Source of the DNA: Chiloscyllium plagiosum
Lineage: Eukaryota
NCBI RefSeq assembly: GCF_004010195.1
Contig: NC_057718.1
Span: 28,806,277-28,842,221 of the forward strand
Direction of reading: 5' to 3'
Length of the DNA stretch: 35,945 nt
A program made the translations under genes and the position numbers. Positions within the stretch are counted from its first letter, which is position 1. Each line of letters begins with the position of its first letter. The notes below the pieces were generated by a model. That model was not told the DNA's origin and made no database searches. It saw nothing but the letters and a program-made list of their open reading frames with translations. Below are positions 34,648 to 35,945 of this stretch, piece by piece.

Positions 34648-34853
34648 GACAGAATGTATTGTAAATACTCAGCAGGTCAGGTTGCAGCTGTGGGGAAAGA
34701 AACAAATTTAGCATTTCCAGTTGTGATTTTCATCAGAAAATGACCTGATACATTTACTCTGTTTCTCTCCTCACAGATGCTGTCAGGCCTGTTGAGTACT
34801 TATAGCATTTTCAGGTTTTATTTCAGATGTCTAATATCTTCAGTATTTTACTT
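34648..34853. mobile_element. Fold-back mini-element made of two inverted Penelope termini
   Basis: ATACTCAGCAGGTCAGGTTGCAGCTGTGGGGAAAGAAACA pairs with TGTTTCTCTCCTCACAGATGCTGTCAGGCCTGTTGAGTAC; the right arm matches the PLE end at 32585-32640. Confidence 0.7.
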
Positions 34854-35214
34854 ATGGATTGTAGTTGTCAATGTTCATTCAGAGAGTTTCAAAAAATAAT
34901 GCAGTGGAAAAACTGCTCTCTTCATATACAGTTAAGCTGATCACCAGGCATTATAAATAAATTTATAGCACACACTTACTGAGTGCCTGTATTTACTTGA
35001 TGGATATTGTTGTAAACCAGAGTATAGGTTGGTTGCTAACAGAAATCCTTCCTCAGTCACCCTTCCACTCTGACTTAGAAATGTCACATGTGAGACCTGA
35101 CTTATGACTAAACCCAGGGCAGAGTACAATGAATAACAGTCACAATATCCCTCCTCTTTGCCATCTATTGTACTGAATTCATGTTAATTAGGACTTCAAA
35201 ACTATGGGAACCTC

Positions 35215-35928
35215 TTGCTTGCTTCCTTTAAGGGAGAGCAGACAATGAGGAAAGCAGAGAGGAGACGGGTGCAAGAGACCCCGGGGGAAGTACCTGTCAG
35301 GAACAAGTTGAAACTTTTGGAAACAGTAGAGACAGATGACACTGCCAGTCCGCGAGGCGGCCAGGCCTGTCAATCGAAAGTTGGCGTGGAGGCAGAGCGG
35401 AAGAGTCGGACATCGCACAGAGCCGTGGTAATAGGGGACTCCATAGTGAGAGGAACTGACCGGGGTTTTTGTGGCAGCAGGCGGGACTTAAGGATGGTGT
35501 GTTGCTTTCCTGGTGCCAGGGTTAAAGACATCGCAGACAGAGTGCAGGAAATCCTCAAGGATGAGGGTGAAGAGCCAGAGGTGGTGGTACATGTTGGCAC
35601 AAATGATGTCGGGAAGAAGAGGAGGAACATACTACAGCGGGACTTCGGAGAACTAGGAAGAAGGCTGAAAAGCAGGACGTCCAGGGTGGTTATCTCCGGT
35701 TTGCTTTCAGTTCCTCGGGCTGGTGAGGCTAGAAACAGGGAGATGATGGACTTGAACATGTGGCTGGGGAACTGGTGCAGGAAGCAAGGACTTAAATTCT
35801 TGGATCACTGGGGTATGTTTTGTGGTAAGCATAAATTATACAAGAGAGACGGTTTGCACTTTAATAGGTTAGGGACCAGCATTCTGGCAGGCAGGTTTGC
35901 TACTGCAACACAGCCATGTTTAAACTAA
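35215..35928 (+). CDS. CR1 LINE ORF1 protein, SGNH/GDSL esterase domain (5'-truncated; the element probably continues beyond the window)
   Basis: Uninterrupted 237-codon ORF (first ATG 35245) with SGNH blocks VVIGDSIVRG, CFPGARVKD, VHVGTND and RDGLH; CpG-rich compared with the rest of the window; G-run after the stop as in CR1 inter-ORF spacers. Confidence 0.9.
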   Translation: MLASFKGEQTMRKAERRRVQETPGEVPVRNKLKLLETVETDDTASPRGGQACQSKVGVEAERKSRTSHRAVVIGDSIVRGTDRGFCGSRRDLRMVCCFPGARVKDIADRVQEILKDEGEEPEVVVHVGTNDVGKKRRNILQRDFGELGRRLKSRTSRVVISGLLSVPRAGEARNREMMDLNMWLGNWCRKQGLKFLDHWGMFCGKHKLYKRDGLHFNRLGTSILAGRFATATQPCLN

Positions 35929-35945
35929 GTACCGGGGGGGGGGGG

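Noticed and set aside
35370..35759. 129-aa minus-strand ORF
   Set aside because: Antisense shadow of the CR1 ORF1 esterase

Overview
AT-rich, CpG-poor eukaryotic DNA with no recognisable host protein-coding gene, most likely an intron or intergenic interval of an elasmobranch (shark) genome. That assignment is inferred from four HE1/V-SINE-type SINEs together with CR1 LINE and Deu-SINE fragments. Much of the window is a mosaic of decayed and nested mobile elements: many CR1 ORF2 and 3'-end fragments, L2 tails, several tRNA-derived SINE families, four Penelope-like (RT/GIY-YIG) pieces, an internally deleted Gypsy/Ty3 element with PPT and 3' LTR, two probable solo LTRs, a TA-flanked Tc1/pogo-type MITE and a degenerate ~230-250-bp tandem array. 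The only convincing protein-coding ORF is a young-looking CR1 ORF1 SGNH/GDSL esterase at the right edge (35215-35928). The main things worth a second look are: (i) minimal hammerhead-ribozyme cores (CUGANGA...GAAA) in the Penelope termini, including an inverted pair in one TSD-bounded fold-back insertion; (ii) an unexplained ~2.5-kb island (about 2540-5050) with an ungapped 194-bp direct repeat whose 5' half differs mainly at third codon positions of a 17-aa smORF, a nested 47-bp inverted repeat, and several stop-poor frames; (iii) SINE/LINE shared 3' tails and nested insertions. Family names come from motif recognition by eye, not database searches. Boundaries of old elements are approximate (tens of bp). 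No novel system can be demonstrated from the sequence alone.
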